Below, piece after piece: positions 1 to 14,182 of a stretch of 64,000 bases of DNA. Numbering within the stretch: the stretch's first letter is position 1; each line of letters begins with the position of its first letter. The notes below the pieces were generated by a model, which saw only the letters and a list, made by a program, of their open reading frames with translations, did not search any database and was not told where the DNA came from. Where the stretch lies: assembly GCA_951406725.2 (NCBI GenBank), contig OX597824.1, positions 49,538,001-49,602,000 on the forward strand, read 5' to 3'. Both the position numbers and the translations under genes were made by a program. The stretch comes from Octopus vulgaris. Its lineage: Eukaryota.

Positions 1-1292
1 GAAGTGCAGCAATATCAAAGGAAGGCTAACTGGGAAGATAGTTTTTGTATGTGGAAGATGCTCAGGAGCAGTAAATAACACTGAAAATGTGCAGAGAACA
101 ACTTTTGCCATATTCCAAGGAGAAAAACTAGAAGTAGTTGATAGCTTCTGTTACCTAGGTGACCAAGTCAGTAGTGGGGGAGGGTGGGCTGAAAGTGTAG
201 CTGCTAGAATAAGAATAGCCTGGGCTAAGTTCAGAGAGCTCTTACCTATGCTGGTGACAAAGGGCCTCTCACTCAGAGTAAAAGGCAGACTGTATAACGC
301 ATGTGTACGAACAGCCATGCTACATGGCAGTGAAATATGGGCCATGACTGCTGAGGACATGCGTAAGCTCGCAAGGAATGAAGCCAGTATGATCCGATGG
401 ATGTGTAATGTCAGTGTGCATACTCGACAGAGTGTTAGTACCTTGAGAGAAAAGTTGTACCTAAGAAGCATTAGATGTGGTGTGCTAGAGAGACAACTGC
501 ACTGGTATGGTCATGTGATGAGAATGGATGTGGATAGCTGTGTGAAGAAGTGCTACACTATAGCAGTTGAGGGAACCCGTGAAAAAGGTAGACCCAGAAA
601 AGCCTGGGATGAGGTGGTGAAGCATGACCTTCGAACATTGGGCCTCACCGAGGCAATGACTAGTGACTGGGTCCTTTGGTAATATGCTGTACTTGAGAAG
701 ACTCATCAAGCTCAAGTGAGACCATAACCTCGTGGCCTATGCCAGGGGTGTAACCAGTCCACTTATGCGTACCTTTCCTTCATTGGACACTAAACTCTGC
801 TTGCGGAGACCTGTTGAGGCAAGTGAAATTGAAATCAAAATGGATGACTGGCACCCGTGCTAGTGGAGCGCTAAGTGCACCATACAAGTGAGATCATTGC
901 CAGAATAACAAGCTGGCCTCCGTGCCGATGGCATGTAAAAAACACCATTCGAGCGTGTTCGTTACCTGCGTCGCCTTACTGGCACTTATGCTGGTGGCAT
1001 GTGAAAAAACATTTGAGCAAGGTCGTTGCCAGTGCCGCTGGACTGGCACCTATGCAGGTGGCACATAAAAGCACCATTTGAGCGCGGCCGTTGCCAGTAC
1101 TGCCTGACCAGCCCTCGTGCCGGTGGCACATAAAAGCACCCACTATACTCTTGGAGTGTTAGGAAGGGCATCCAGCTGTAGAAACTCTGCCAGATCAGAT
1201 TGGAGTCTGGTGCAGCCATCTGGTTCACCAGACCTCAGTCAAATCCTCCAACCCATGCTAGCATGGAAAGCGGACATTAAACGATGATGATG

Positions 1293-1293
<1 letters not shown>
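1..1293 (+). mobile_element. RTE-clade LINE 3' portion: RT C-terminal region, 3' UTR with hairpin tandem repeats and (GAT)n tail
   Basis: ORF 89-682 has FCYLG, ARIRIAWAKFREL, KGRLYNACVRTAMLHGSE, WYGHVMR and GRPRKAW motifs typical of RTE-type ORF ends. Ends in ggaagggcatccagc...acccatgctagcatggaaa..cattaaacgatgatgatg, a tail repeated many times in the window. Confidence 0.85.
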
Positions 1294-1323
<30 letters not shown>

Positions 1324-1689
1324 TTTTAAAAAATATAACTTATACTAGAATAGTGGGGGCCAGTATATAACACAGTGCATAACCCTATGAACAATAATCA
1401 CCATATATCGTGGTTAAAATTTTCGATTGCAGAATGAACTTTTAAAATTAAATAAGGCACTCTTTAAGCATAATTTCAAGGAAGAAAGAAATGAATGGAA
1501 AAAGATTAAATATATAGTCACAACAAACGATTAAGGGGTGACATGCTTTTCAGTATGGCAAGATTGGGTAGCTACTAGGTGTACTTGCCGTGACCCACTG
1601 GGTCACAACCAATCCAAGTTGAAAATGCCAGTGCACAGCGGGAAAAGAAAAAATATTATTTCAAACTTCATGCAATAAAATTCTTAAAT

Positions 1690-2310
1690 AATATAGTTCT
1701 CCAGCCTTTAGTGTAACAACATAAACATGACCAAGTGGTTCTTCTTTGAAAACGCTCAAATGACCTCAACTTTTTCCTCGCTTTCTTCTTTGTCACTACT
1801 GTTCCAAGTGAATTACATGGATACTTCAGCATAAAGTAATGTTTTTGTGAAGTCATTATTGATGCACAATGAAAACATTTCTGTCAATGTTTTTCTCATA
1901 TGTCGCTTATTGACAGCCATATATTAATATATCCTCATAATTTCTGAGCAATATTCTTTGTTCATCTGGTAGATGAACTTGCAGTCTCACTATTGCAGGT
2001 GCTCTTTCATGAACTGAAAATCCTAAAATGGATGCAACTGCTAACCCTAACCCATTAGATATTGACTAATTTCGTTATCATAGAAGCTTGGTCATTTCCT
2101 TTCAGTGTGTACTCGATGACGTAACTGACCTCACTGAGGCAATGATTTCAACAATGCAGTGGCATTTAAATGTTCTTCAAAGAGTCTCATTATAAGGTAC
2201 AACCCAAGGTGCCATATAGTGGAACCCGGGGCGATCCTTCGGTATAAGTATCGTAAGTGGCTTTGTTTACATTTCTGAAGATAACAGAAACCCTTTTCTT
2301 CCACCCCTAA
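1690..2310 (-). pseudogene. Helitron RepHel fragment with frameshifts and stops
   Basis: Minus-strand translation across frames gives YRRIAPG, PWVVPYN, EYTLKGNDQA, NEISQYLMG, GFSVHERAPAIVRLQVHLPDEQRI and DFTKTLLYAEV..FTWN, which resemble conserved Helitron Rep-to-helicase motifs (WIVPYN, KYVNKGSDQA, IHERxPAVxRLxVHLP). Confidence 0.75.
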
Positions 2311-2315
2311 CCCTA

Positions 2316-3809
2316 TCTCTATATATATAAAACTGAGAATGTGTCTGTCTGTCTGTGTGTGTTTCCCTAAAACTTGAGAACTACACAACCAATTTCATTC
2401 AAATTTTACACATGCCTTACTTAGTTACAAAAAAAAATGTTCAACTTCTTGCCTAGAGCGAGCCCATAGCAATATCATATCTTCTCCACTATTTCAGTAT
2501 TACGTGTTAAAAGTGAAACAAAAACATTTCTCTATTTTATGTCAGATACTTTCACTTTAACAATAAAAATAATAATAACAATTGAATTATATGTAGTAAG
2601 TAATAATTAAAATCAAACTAAAGTATAATATAATCGTAACATAACAAAAGTAAAAATAGCAATTGGTATAAAATTGCATCAATGACTTGAACTTGAATAA
2701 GTGGTTTCACATGAATGGGAATAAATTAAAAATAAAATTAGCGTGCAGAAATGGAATAGTCCAGATGGAGCTGTGCTTTTACATTAGATTATCTGCTAAT
2801 TAGCTAGCATTAAGTATCTATATGAAGTTTGGCTGTATGTAATATCTGTTTTCTCGAACAGCCGCTTCTACAGAGTACTGCTGTTGGTTTATTTCTTATA
2901 CATAAAGGACTAAAGCTTCAACTGCTTACTGCTTTCTGATTCATCGTAAGGTTTGTTGTTATCATTATTATTACTGTTTAACTATTGTTATCACGTTTGT
3001 TGGTTCCTCGTAAAGGAAACATTGTGTTGCATTTGTTAAATAATTGTAAACTGTAACCCTCCCCCTTTGGGGGAAGGAGCTTTGGTTATTGTTTAAAAAT
3101 TGAATTGTGTCCCTGTTTGGGGAAATTGACAATATTTTCACTGTTTACACGGAAGCATCTTTGTTAGAATGCCTTCGATAGAAGAAAGTCCAAAAATGAA
3201 TTTCGCTGCAGCCGTCGGCGGGCGCGAACTCATTGAAATTAGAATGGAGGAAATATGGATTGATCACTGACAAAGACGGTGAATCTATGATAACACCACC
3301 AAACGAAATAAAAAATTAAATTAAAGACTATTGTCTATAAAGTATACAATATATAGAAAAAAAAAAGATTTGAACACCTGGAGGAAAGCACCATCGAAAA
3401 GTGTCTTGGTGCGACTATGAAAGTTATCGCCACAATAGAAGCAAGGTTCGAGTTAACGGAGCGTGCAAGGGGGTACTCGACTTGAACCTTGCAAAGTGGA
3501 AATATTTTATTTATACCTTTATATCTGGGACGTAGGACGTCCCGTATAAAAATTTAAAATGTCCCCCCAGAAGTAGAGGTAGGCTGGATTGTAGCCACAC
3601 TTCTATACAAGAGGGAGGACAAGATACAATTGCAAGTGACGAGCCTACAATTCCAGTCTGTTATATATTTTGAGTATTATCACTAGCGATATCAAAATAT
3701 AACTTTGTATTTTATGTGTAGATGTATATATATATAGATGTACATGTAATATGTACACATATATACATGCACTAGCACTATGACCCGGCAAGGACGGGTC
3801 ATAATGCTA

Positions 3810-3810
<1 letters not shown>
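2316..3810 (+). mobile_element. Non-autonomous Helitron
   Basis: A|TC 5' end (tctctatatatataaaactgagaatgtgtctgtctg), 3' hairpin gacccg-gcaagga-cgggtc followed by CTAG|T, no TSD. Confidence 0.75.
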
Positions 3811-3849
<39 letters not shown>

Positions 3850-3907
3850 AAACACTTTCTTGAAATGTATCCGGTACATCCGGGACGTATACCGAAGTTA
3901 CGCCCTA

Positions 3908-4723
3908 TTGTCAAACTAACAGTGCATGTTCAGACAGGCAAAATATACTGGGACATTCTTATGAGATTCAATTTCTCTCATTGCAATTGATCTTCGTCTA
4001 TAAAGAGATAGTCCTTCTGTCTGCTTTTTCTACTTTTGAATAAGATGATAAAGATTAATATTTTATTTCAAATATAATAGTAATTTTCCCCTTTAAGACA
4101 AAAAAAAAAAAATTCTAGTATCCGTAATTCCCAAATATCTCATAAAAATATGTATAGGGAGAATTTCTATCTTTCGAGTCTACGGCACTCGCAAAGAAAA
4201 AAGAAAGTAAGAAAAAAGGAGGGACGGCGGTAATTGACAGGATTCTTTGAAGTGTCGACATTTTCAACTTGATTTATTTTTCCTAAATGGGGAAAAGACC
4301 TTTTATTTGTAATCTTTATCATCTTAATCAAATGGCAGGAAAACTAAGTTTTAGTATAATATAGATAGATAGATGTATGAGCCAACAGATAGTCTGTCCC
4401 TCATGCTTTAGTCTGTCTTTAACCTAGGATGTTTCTGTTGGCAGAGAGGGCTTTCAGACTTCTGTGATTGATAGATAAGAGAGATTTGTTACTTTGAAGA
4501 ATAAAGATGAACTTAATGAGTTTTGAACTCAGAATCGGAACAAATATCGCAGCACACTCTATTCATTACACTACTAATGCTGCCAATAAAATTGTATACA
4601 CATATACACGCACACATTGCGTGTGCATGCGTGCGTGTGATATATATATTATTTGGCTATAAAGTTATATAAAACATCAAATATCCCAGCATATTTTGCC
4701 TGTCTGAACTGTTAGTTTGACAA
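3908..4723. repeat. ~40-bp inverted repeat pair (MITE-like)
   Basis: ttgtcaaactaacag..ttcagacaggcaaaatatactggga (3908-3953) is the near reverse complement of 4683-4723. Confidence 0.55.
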
Positions 4724-4782
4724 GTACAATGCTTAAAATTCTCGAGTCACTTTTTTAAACTTTTGAGTCGAATAAAAAATAT

Positions 4783-5145
4783 AGGAGTGGCTGTGTGGTA
4801 AGAAGCTTGCTTCTCAACCACATGGTTCCGGGTTCAGTCCCACTGCATGGCACCTTGGGCAAATGTCTTCTATAGCTTCGGGCCGACCAAACGGAAACTA
4901 AAAGAAGCCCGTCGTTTATATATATATTTATGTATGTACATATTTATATATGTTTGTCTCCCGCCCACTATCGCTTGACAACCGATGATGCTGTTTACGT
5001 CCCCATAACTTAGCTGTTCGGCAAAATTAACCGAAAAAATAAGTACTAGGCTTACAAAGGATAAGTCCTAGAGTAGATTGCTTTGACTAAAAACGCTTTT
5101 AGGCGGTGCTCCAGCATGACCGTAGTCAAAATGACTTATACAAGT
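4783..5145 (+). mobile_element. tRNA-derived SINE family A (head + internal microsatellite + tail)
   Basis: A-box-like tggctgtgtggtaag, B-box-like ggttcagtccc and ccttgggcaa core. Other copies at ~11353, 27081, 52578, 55474 and 58715(-). Confidence 0.75.
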
Positions 5146-6954
5146 CATACTCATGTATGAATTCTGTTCCTTCAATTTGTGCCAGTCAGTTAATAGCGGA
5201 ACTCGTTAGAGTAGACTGTCAACTTTGATAATAAATATCTATCTATTCCACACATCGTACTGAGTTTTATTCCAGATATGTTTGCATCATGTAAAATGCA
5301 TCTCTGACATACTTTATTACTGAACCAAGAATATAAAAAACCTCTTAAAGAGATGTCAGCATCCAAGTTCCCTGGTTTTATCCAGTGTATCAGTGTGTGT
5401 GTACATTCAGAAATTTATACACGAATGTGTTTAATTTACCATGAATGCTTTCTATATTTATGAAATTCTAAGTTTTTGTTAGACGTTTTCGCAAAATGTG
5501 CGTGATGCGAATAAATGTAAAATATACAAGCAGATGCAAAAGTAGAAAGTTGAAATAAAAGATGAAGCGAAGTTAAAGAAATGAACCAAGTAGGTAGATG
5601 TAGATGTCTTTTTGAAAGAGGAAACTAAAAGGCGATGTTGATATTCAATGACATATTACTTATATCGGAATAATAAGTCGCACTCACGGTAACATCAAAC
5701 AATGTAGCGATTGAATAGATTTACTTCAAAGACAAACCAACGGTTTAAAAGAAACAAAAATATGAAAAGTATCATAAACAAAAATGAACAACCTTGGAGA
5801 TACAGTAATGTTGCTGCTGCAGTTGAAGTAGAGAGATAAATGATGATATATAAACTGAGAGGTCGGTGGGAATGGTGAGTTACGAGAATTATGAAGTCAA
5901 ACAGAAGTGAAAAGTTGGCACAGCTTACGAATCAGTGTTTTCATTTATTTATTTAAGTAATAGATTCCCCTCATTTTCGATATACGCAACTGTATAATTC
6001 TTAGGTTAACTGAATTTTTAAAAAAGTAATTGTGATCAAAAATTTCAGGCAAAAACAATATCAGTAGCAAAAATAAAATATTGAACATGTGAAAATTGAA
6101 AAGATCAAAACGTAACTAAAAATCATTAAAAAAAAATTATAGTAAATATATTAAGCAATCAAACAATAACTAAGCACTCCTTAAAGAGGAACACTAACAT
6201 TTTAGTATAAGAATTTAAACTTATTCCAATCTAAAAAAAAAAATCATGGATTTAGAAAAAGCAGAAAAGAGTTGCCCTATTAGAAAATGTGTGTATATTT
6301 TCTACATACATGCGGCTGGTTATTTTCATCATGCGAGTAACACAAAGCTATATAGTAAACAATGGACGAGTGTATAATCAGCGTCAGCAAAATCCATGCA
6401 AATATAGCGACGAAGTGACGTCTTCCAATTTGTAGCTGGAATCGTTGTGTTGCTAACGGAGAGAGTGATGGCGATGATGATGATGATAACTTGAAGATGA
6501 AATGTTGATAGATTCTATGACGGTATTAAATGATAATTTTAAACGAAGAGTTCCGATGTCTTGTTTTTAAAGCCTTACGAACTTTTCCTGGTCAAATGAT
6601 ATAAACTTGACAGGAAATGAAAGAAAGAATGAAACAAAACAAATGAATTAACGAGTGGTTACGGCTTTTTCCAACACACCTTGCTTTCATTATTTTGTAA
6701 ACAGAGTGAAAGTACTCACCTGTGAAAGTAGTGAAGCTATGTAAATCACTTAAAGTTTTTTTAAATGTCATAAAGTATCTATATAAATTGATAATATATT
6801 ATTAAACACTTTCTATTGTACTTGGGTCATTTTAATTAATAATTCTTGAAGTTTTATAATATAGCTTACAACACTTTTTTTTTATAAATAAGTAAAAAAA
6901 AAATATGATAACTTGACAAGTGAAGTCTACAAACAAGCGAAGTGCGACTGCAGA

Positions 6955-7419
<465 letters not shown>

Positions 7420-8243
7420 TGAATTTTTCAGCCTGGTTGTGATCTTTTAGTAAACTGTTTTACATCTTTTCACTTTTCTTGTGCATTTTTTTCTTTTTAT
7501 AGATGAGAAGCGAAAATCCATCAGTGTCGACTACTTTGCAGTAACCTTTTCAGTATATCAAAAAGTAGGGGGGCTTCAAATTTATGGTTTCTCCTAATAT
7601 TTGTTAGCTCTGTCCGGCAAGCTAAGTTGAATCAATTATGAACACTTCTTAACGCTATTTATTCTCTAATACTGCTAAGGAAGATATATAAATGTTCATA
7701 CTTACCTATAAATTCGACGCCTTGAGCCTGATTTTGGAACCAGTACTTACCAAGTTCGAACTGTTGTACAGTTAGGGCCCTTTACATCCCGAGTCAAATA
7801 CCGCCGAGGTTAATTTTGCTTTTCATCCATCCATCCATGTTACGAGGAATTGAAATTCCGGGTGAGAAACACAATAAATTGTACTTATGTTAAAAAGAAT
7901 GAGATGATCACGGATAAAATTGACAAGCATTTAGTTTAGAAAAACAGACAGCGTGTCGTTAAAATTCAACGTTATGAAATAGCAGTAAAATCTCCTTTTG
8001 AAACTGAAATTTTCAACATAATCGTAACCATAACTTTTTTAATAATGCGTATCATAATGTATATCATATCAAATAATGCTATCACCAAAATATTTTAGCT
8101 TTTAAGAGTTCTGTCCTGGATATCCAGAAATATGCTAGAGATGGAAGTTAATTGTTTTTATGAGAACTCTTTTGCATTTGTTTAATTAACTTTGTACCTG
8201 TTTACTATATTTTCAAATGATCAAATTCATGTTTTAATATCTC

Positions 8244-8765
8244 TTGTTTGATTATGCTTTAAAAAGACTACTTGATATTTGGGAACAGGCTTTAGTGTGT
8301 CCTATTCCAAAGAAAAGCAATCCTTTAGAACATGTTAACTATTGTTTTATTGCTCTTACCTCTAAAATCTCTAAGGTAATGGACACAGCCCTTAACAATT
8401 ATGTCCTCCACCACTTTGAATCTCACCTGTTCCTTAAGGATGAGTACAACTTCTGCAGAGTTAGATCCATGAGCAACCTACTCTCATGTCACCTGTTGGT
8501 TCTTGCATTTTGGAGAAGTTCATTTGAAACAATATAACCCAAGAAATCAGCAAAGCCTTCAACTGTGTCTGACATACAAATCTATCAGAATTTCCCTCCT
8601 ATTGGCTCCAACCTATTTTTCTTGGTTTGGTAGATTCCTATCTGGTTGCACACATTGCCACATGTATTGAAGCTCCTACTACTGCACTCAGTTAACTCTA
8701 GTGTTCTCCAAAGTTCAGCTTTGTTCCCTACCCTCTTCCTTCTATACATAATGATCTACTTGCCA
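8244..8765 (+). mobile_element. Degraded CR1/L2/Jockey-like LINE RT fragment
   Basis: WEQALVCPIPKK..NYCFIALTSKISKVM, then SKAF and a degenerate Q-S-x-L-x-PTLF motif. Confidence 0.65.
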
Positions 8766-8789
8766 TTGTTCTTTCTTCATCCTACATAA

Positions 8790-9785
8790 TCTTAAGCAAG
8801 TGTAGCGGAATGGCTTTTAAGGACAAAGATTTAAGCAACTTCAGTGAGGAATTTAGCATGAAAGTAGGAGTCATTCAAAACTTAGTCCTACAGAGTACCT
8901 TAAGGGTGGTTGGCTATGGGAATTCCTGAAGTCTGATGATCTAGTTTTCACAACTGAATGTATTATGGAATTAAAGAAGAAATTCCAGGCATGGAAGATA
9001 AACCTAGGATTGAAAGTCTCCAAAGTAAATGTAGCAAAGACTAAAGTCTTAGCAAGTAGGAAAGAAGACAGGATCCTGGTATCTCCAGGGAAATGGCCTC
9101 ACTTAATATACAGAAAAGGAGTAGGTATAAACATCATATACCTTATTCAATGTATGCTTTGGACACACAAGAGGTGTAGTGAGATCACAGGCAGACTAAC
9201 AGAGAAAATAAGTGTCATATGTGACACGTGTACTGGGATGGTACATACTATGAGCACATCTAAATGCCTGCATAGCTTACTGAAAGTAATTGATAGCTTT
9301 TGTTACCTACTAGACACAATTAGCTGGAGAGATGGTTGCTCTAGAAGTATAGTAGCCTGAGTAAGAATGGGTTGGAAAAATCTGCCAACAAAAGTCTTTT
9401 CCCTCAAAGTGAAGAACAAACTGTATTACACTTGTGTTAGAACTGTGATTTTGCATAGTATTAAAACATGAGCCTTGAATGCGGAGGACTTCAGAAGACT
9501 GGAAAGAAATGAAGCTGTTGGATATGCAATATTATTGTACATGAATCATAAAGTATGAATGTGTTGAGAGAAAAACCGGGCATAGGGGAAATCAGATTTT
9601 GTGGGCAAGAACTGCACTGGTATGGACATGTAATGTGTATAGATGAGGATAGCTCTATAAAGTCCTGATCACTTAATGTGGATGGGTTTACAGAAGAGGG
9701 AAACCCAGGAAGATAGACAGTGGTGAAGGTTGATCTTGGGATGACTAGTTGATATGCAGTTCTTGAGAAGACCAGCCTGTCTCAG
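8790..9785 (+). mobile_element. Degraded RTE LINE fragment related to 1-700
   Basis: KVNVAKTKVL, WTHKRCSEITGRL, DSFCYL and HWYGHVM motifs; nucleotide similarity to 1-700. Confidence 0.75.
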
Positions 9786-11352
9786 CAAAACTGAGATTCT
9801 AGAAGCACAGTGTGTGGGTGTATATATACATGCACAACTAGGCCATTTACCTAATTTCCTCAAGACATTTCCACTATTCAACATCTCTCTAACTGCTGTA
9901 TACAGGTACTGTAATTAACTGTAAGCAGAACTGTAAACTTCACCAGCTTTTCCCTGATAACACTTATCTTTCTCATTACCTGGAACTGTTTTACTTGATA
10001 TCAATTCTTCACTCTTAATGCAATCTTCTCCACCCACATTTTACATTGGTCATCCTCCTAAGTTACCAGATTACCTCAACTTCTCCTACACCATACATCT
10101 TTCACTCTTCTCATGCAGTGTGCTTATCCCCACATCACCACTCTTGCAATTTACTCAGCCATACACCATCCATTTCTTTCATCCTTCTCCTGTCTACTTT
10201 ATCATTATAACTATTTTGCATTCTGTCTGCCCCACTTCTGCACTATCACTCTTATCCTATTCTTCCCTACTCTCTCCTCAACTCATATGTATCATAAATC
10301 ACTTCTTAACCCTACCCATTCTCTACAATTTTTACATACTTTTCTTTACCTCCCCTGCTTATCATCCCTCAACACTTGGTCTTCATTCACTATATTCACA
10401 CCTTACTCATTCCTCACTCTCATACACTCTTGCAATGTCTACCCATCCACACTCCCAGTTTTCTTGCTCCCACTCTTATGGGCCACCTTGACACCTCATC
10501 AGCACTATTTTTATCTTTCTCCTGCTCCACTCTGGTCACTTCCACTCTCTCTTCCTTAATTGTTGCTGTGTAGCTTTCCCAGAGCAAGAAACCATTTCTG
10601 TTTTGGCTGCTCATCTGGCATAAAGCTGCTTTCCTCTCCACTCAGCTTTAGGTGATCTTAGTCTTGTAAACTGTATGGTGACTTCATTAATGCTGGTCCA
10701 CAGAAAAAGCACCCAGTACCCACTGTAAATTGGTTGGCATTAGGAAGGGCATCCAGCTGCAGAAACCATGACATTGGTGCATGATGCCGTCCTTGGACTC
10801 ACTGGATCCTGTCAAACTGCAATCCATACCAACGTGGAATCTGTACATTAAATGATGATGATTACAAAACAAATTCAAATATGATAGACTAAATAACAAT
10901 CAGTAGGGGAAGACTATGAGGGAAATGTGCTATAAAGTCTGTCTGATGCATTTCCAAGCCCCGTTAACTTTCATTACTTAACACAGCTCATTATCAATTT
11001 TCTACCAATTAAATTTGAAATAGATTATAATAAAGCCATTTCAAATGAATTTGTTGGCACTCATGTGCAGATCTCATTGATTTACTTTCATCGTGTAAGT
11101 CCTGATATATGAAGACAGTCACTTCTTGATACTTTTTAACAAAAGATTTTGCCTATACTAAACAGAAGTATTCATCATCTTTTTGATGTCCACTTTTCTA
11201 TTGCTTACACAGATCAAACAAGATCTGTCAAAGCAGAATTTCTATGACCAGATACTCAATAGCCAACCCTCACCTGTTTCCAAGCTATATAACATTTCCC
11301 TAGTTGTTTGAACACGAACAATACATTGGATATACATCATTTCAACAAAGGT

Positions 11353-11505
11353 TTGGCTGTGTGGGAAGAAGCTTACTTACTAACCACATGGTTCCATTCA
11401 GTCCCACTGCATGGCACCTTGGGCAAGTGTCTTCTGCTATAGTCTCAGCCTTGTGAGTGGATTTGGTAGATGGCAACTGGGAGAAGTGGAAGAAGCCTAT
11501 TAAGT
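11353..11505 (+). mobile_element. SINE family A head; its tail is at ~14495-14700, separated by the PLE insertion
   Basis: Matches the head of 4783-4915; 14495-14700 matches the tail 4960-5145. Confidence 0.7.
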
Positions 11506-13671
11506 GTGTGTGTATATATATATATATATGTATACACATATACATATAATTGTATATTTTCCTTAGAAAATCATAGAAGGCATGGAAGTGCTCAAGTCAA
11601 ACCTGAGACGCTAGGCAAGTTCAAGTGATACATGAAAGTTCAATTCAGGCAGACTGCGACTGGTGTATACATATACGGATTTAATAAAAAGAATTGTCTT
11701 TAAACATATATGAATGTTAAAAATATGCAAGGACAAATAAATATATACATATATAAATACAATGGAGTATAGATAAAAATATAGCTGAGGATAATGAAAT
11801 ATAGAAAGACATTTCGTTTAAAAATTATGGAATGCAGGGAGTAATGTTTAAAAAAGAATTTTTTGTCCCACACTTAAATGAAATGAAGTATCAGGGAAAA
11901 GAGAAGAATAGTGCTTGCACCAGAAATGTGTTTAATTGTTTTGGAAGTATTAATTTATGTTTTACATAAGGGAGTTTTAAAATAATGTTAAAACCCTCTG
12001 GAATTCAACAGGTGATGTTTTAACATGGTTCCATTGGCTCCTGAGTAAGCATAAAACTCGTTTTGTACAATTTGACATATCGAGTTATGCTACTATCTTC
12101 TCAATATTATTAAATAAGGCACTGATATTTGCCCGGGATTTTGTCAACATCCCTCGATCTGATATTAGTATTATCCTAACCGTGAGAAAAACGTTGATAA
12201 ATTTTAAAGATCATAATTGGATTTGAAGTGACTTGAACTACTTTGATATCACCGTGGGGTCGTCAGATTCAGCCCAGGTGACAGACTTAGTGGGTCTCTA
12301 TCTACTGTCTCAAATTAGGAAATGCTACCCAAACATCTGGTGAGCTATACAGAGATGACACTCTATTCACAGTAAATGGTTCATCTAAATCGGAGATTGA
12401 ACAAATTAAAAAGTCACTAAGAACATTTCTTTAATCTCAATATTGTATTCAAGACCAACACAAAAATAGCCAACTTTCTAGATGTCACATTAAATCTAAA
12501 CCAAATTGAGCATTGCATTGCGATATATTAATATCTCTTCTAATCATCCAAAATTAACCATTGATAGTATTATCATCGCCATCTCCATTAGAATATCCAG
12601 TCTATCAGCAAACAAGGAGATCTTCAATGCACACGCACCAACTTGTAATCATGCCCTAAAATTAAGCGGCTTTCAGGATCATATTTTCTACATCCCTGAC
12701 ACCAAACTCAAAGCCAAATTAGCTAATTTAACACCTCATAGTAACTCTGATATGAATAACATAACCCCCTCATTAAATCATAAACCTATAAGATGTGTCA
12801 TTAACCCTCTTAAATTTTATAATCCTAACACTAGAAATTTTAACAAACATGCTCCCTCTGTACCCAAAGACCTGGATGGGTAACTCACTCTAAATCTAGG
12901 AAAAGACAAATTATATGGTTCCACCCCCTGTTTTCGCTAAGTTTTAAAAATCTACCAAGACAGTTTTTAAAATTTCTTAAACTAAATTTCCCCAAGCACC
13001 AAAAATCCTACCCTTTATTTAACAAAAATACTATAAAATTATTTTACTCTACCATGCTGAACTTGGGTTCAATTATCACATCTACAAACAGGAATAAAAT
13101 TCAACTCCAAATTAATAAAAGCCCAGATCATAGGATACCTAACACAACTTCAAATAACATTAATAAAACTAAAAGTATAAATAGGAAGCCAAAAAGTTGC
13201 GATTGTAGGGACCCTGAATTATGTCCGCTCGCGGGTCTATGTCTACGCAAAAATGTAATATATAAATATACAGTGATAAAGGAAAAACAGCAAACTAGAG
13301 TATATATAGGAAGTACCAAAGACTTCAAAAAAATGGTATAGAATATATGTAAGTTCCTTTAATAGGTTAAAACATAGAAACTCTACAGCGCTAACAAGCT
13401 ATATACACAGTTTAAAATTGCAAAACATTAATTATACATTGTCTTGGTTGATCATAGATGAGGCCCCACCATACATTACCATTACCGGCAGATGTCGATT
13501 GTGTATAAAAGAATTGTACATAATCCTTCGCCTTTTAAATTCTAATATTTTAAATAAGTTCTCTGAAGCTATTCATTTGTGTAACCATAGATATTATTCA
13601 ACTTTCAAGAGTAAATTTAAATTTGAACCTGCATAGTAACATTTTCTATAATACAACAATTTATTACCACT

Positions 13672-14000
13672 TAACGTTGCCATCGCCGCCCCGATTGGCC
13701 TCGTGCCGGTGGCACGTAAAAAGCACAATCCGTTCGTGGCCGTTGCCAGCCTCGCCTGGCCCCCGTGCTGGTGGCACATAAAAAGCACCATCCGATCGTG
13801 GCCGTTTGCCAGACTCGTCTGGCACGTATAAAGCACCCACTACACTCATGGAGTGGTTGGCGTTAGGAATGGCATCCAGCCGTAGAAACATTGCTAGATC
13901 AAACTGGGCCTGGTGCATCCTTCTGGCTTCCCAGACCCCAGTTGAACCGTCCAACCCATGCTAGTATGGAAAGCGAACGCTAAACGATGATGATGATGAT
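13672..14000 (+). mobile_element. RTE LINE 3' tail nested in the PLE
   Basis: Same hairpin repeats and (GAT)n tail as 900-1293. Confidence 0.8.
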
Positions 14001-14092
14001 TAATAATTTCCATAAGTCATACATCTCTTATATAAAACATAAATTAATACTTCCAAAACAAACACATTTCTGGCGCAACACTATTCTTCTCA

Positions 14093-14182
14093 TTTTCCCT
14101 GATGATGGGAGCATTCCTTCAAAGTGTATCATAAGATTCACATGTACTTTTGGAAGGAATCCTTGAAATGATTGTAAGAAAA
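14093..14182 (+). ncRNA. Minimal type-I hammerhead ribozyme in the PLE pseudo-LTR (partly decayed)
   Basis: ttttcc-CTGATGA(14099-14105)-stem II attccttc/gaaggaat-GAAA(14165)-tgatt-GTA(14174-14176)-agaaaa. Confidence 0.65.

Noticed and set aside
2040-2315. Interstitial telomeric repeats (taaccc)
   Set aside because: Only 1-2 units at each spot, inside a transposon relic
10018-10573. ORFs in C/T-rich tracts (also 35607-36253 and 59326-59592)
   Set aside because: Low-complexity sequence depleted of stop codons; no protein motifs
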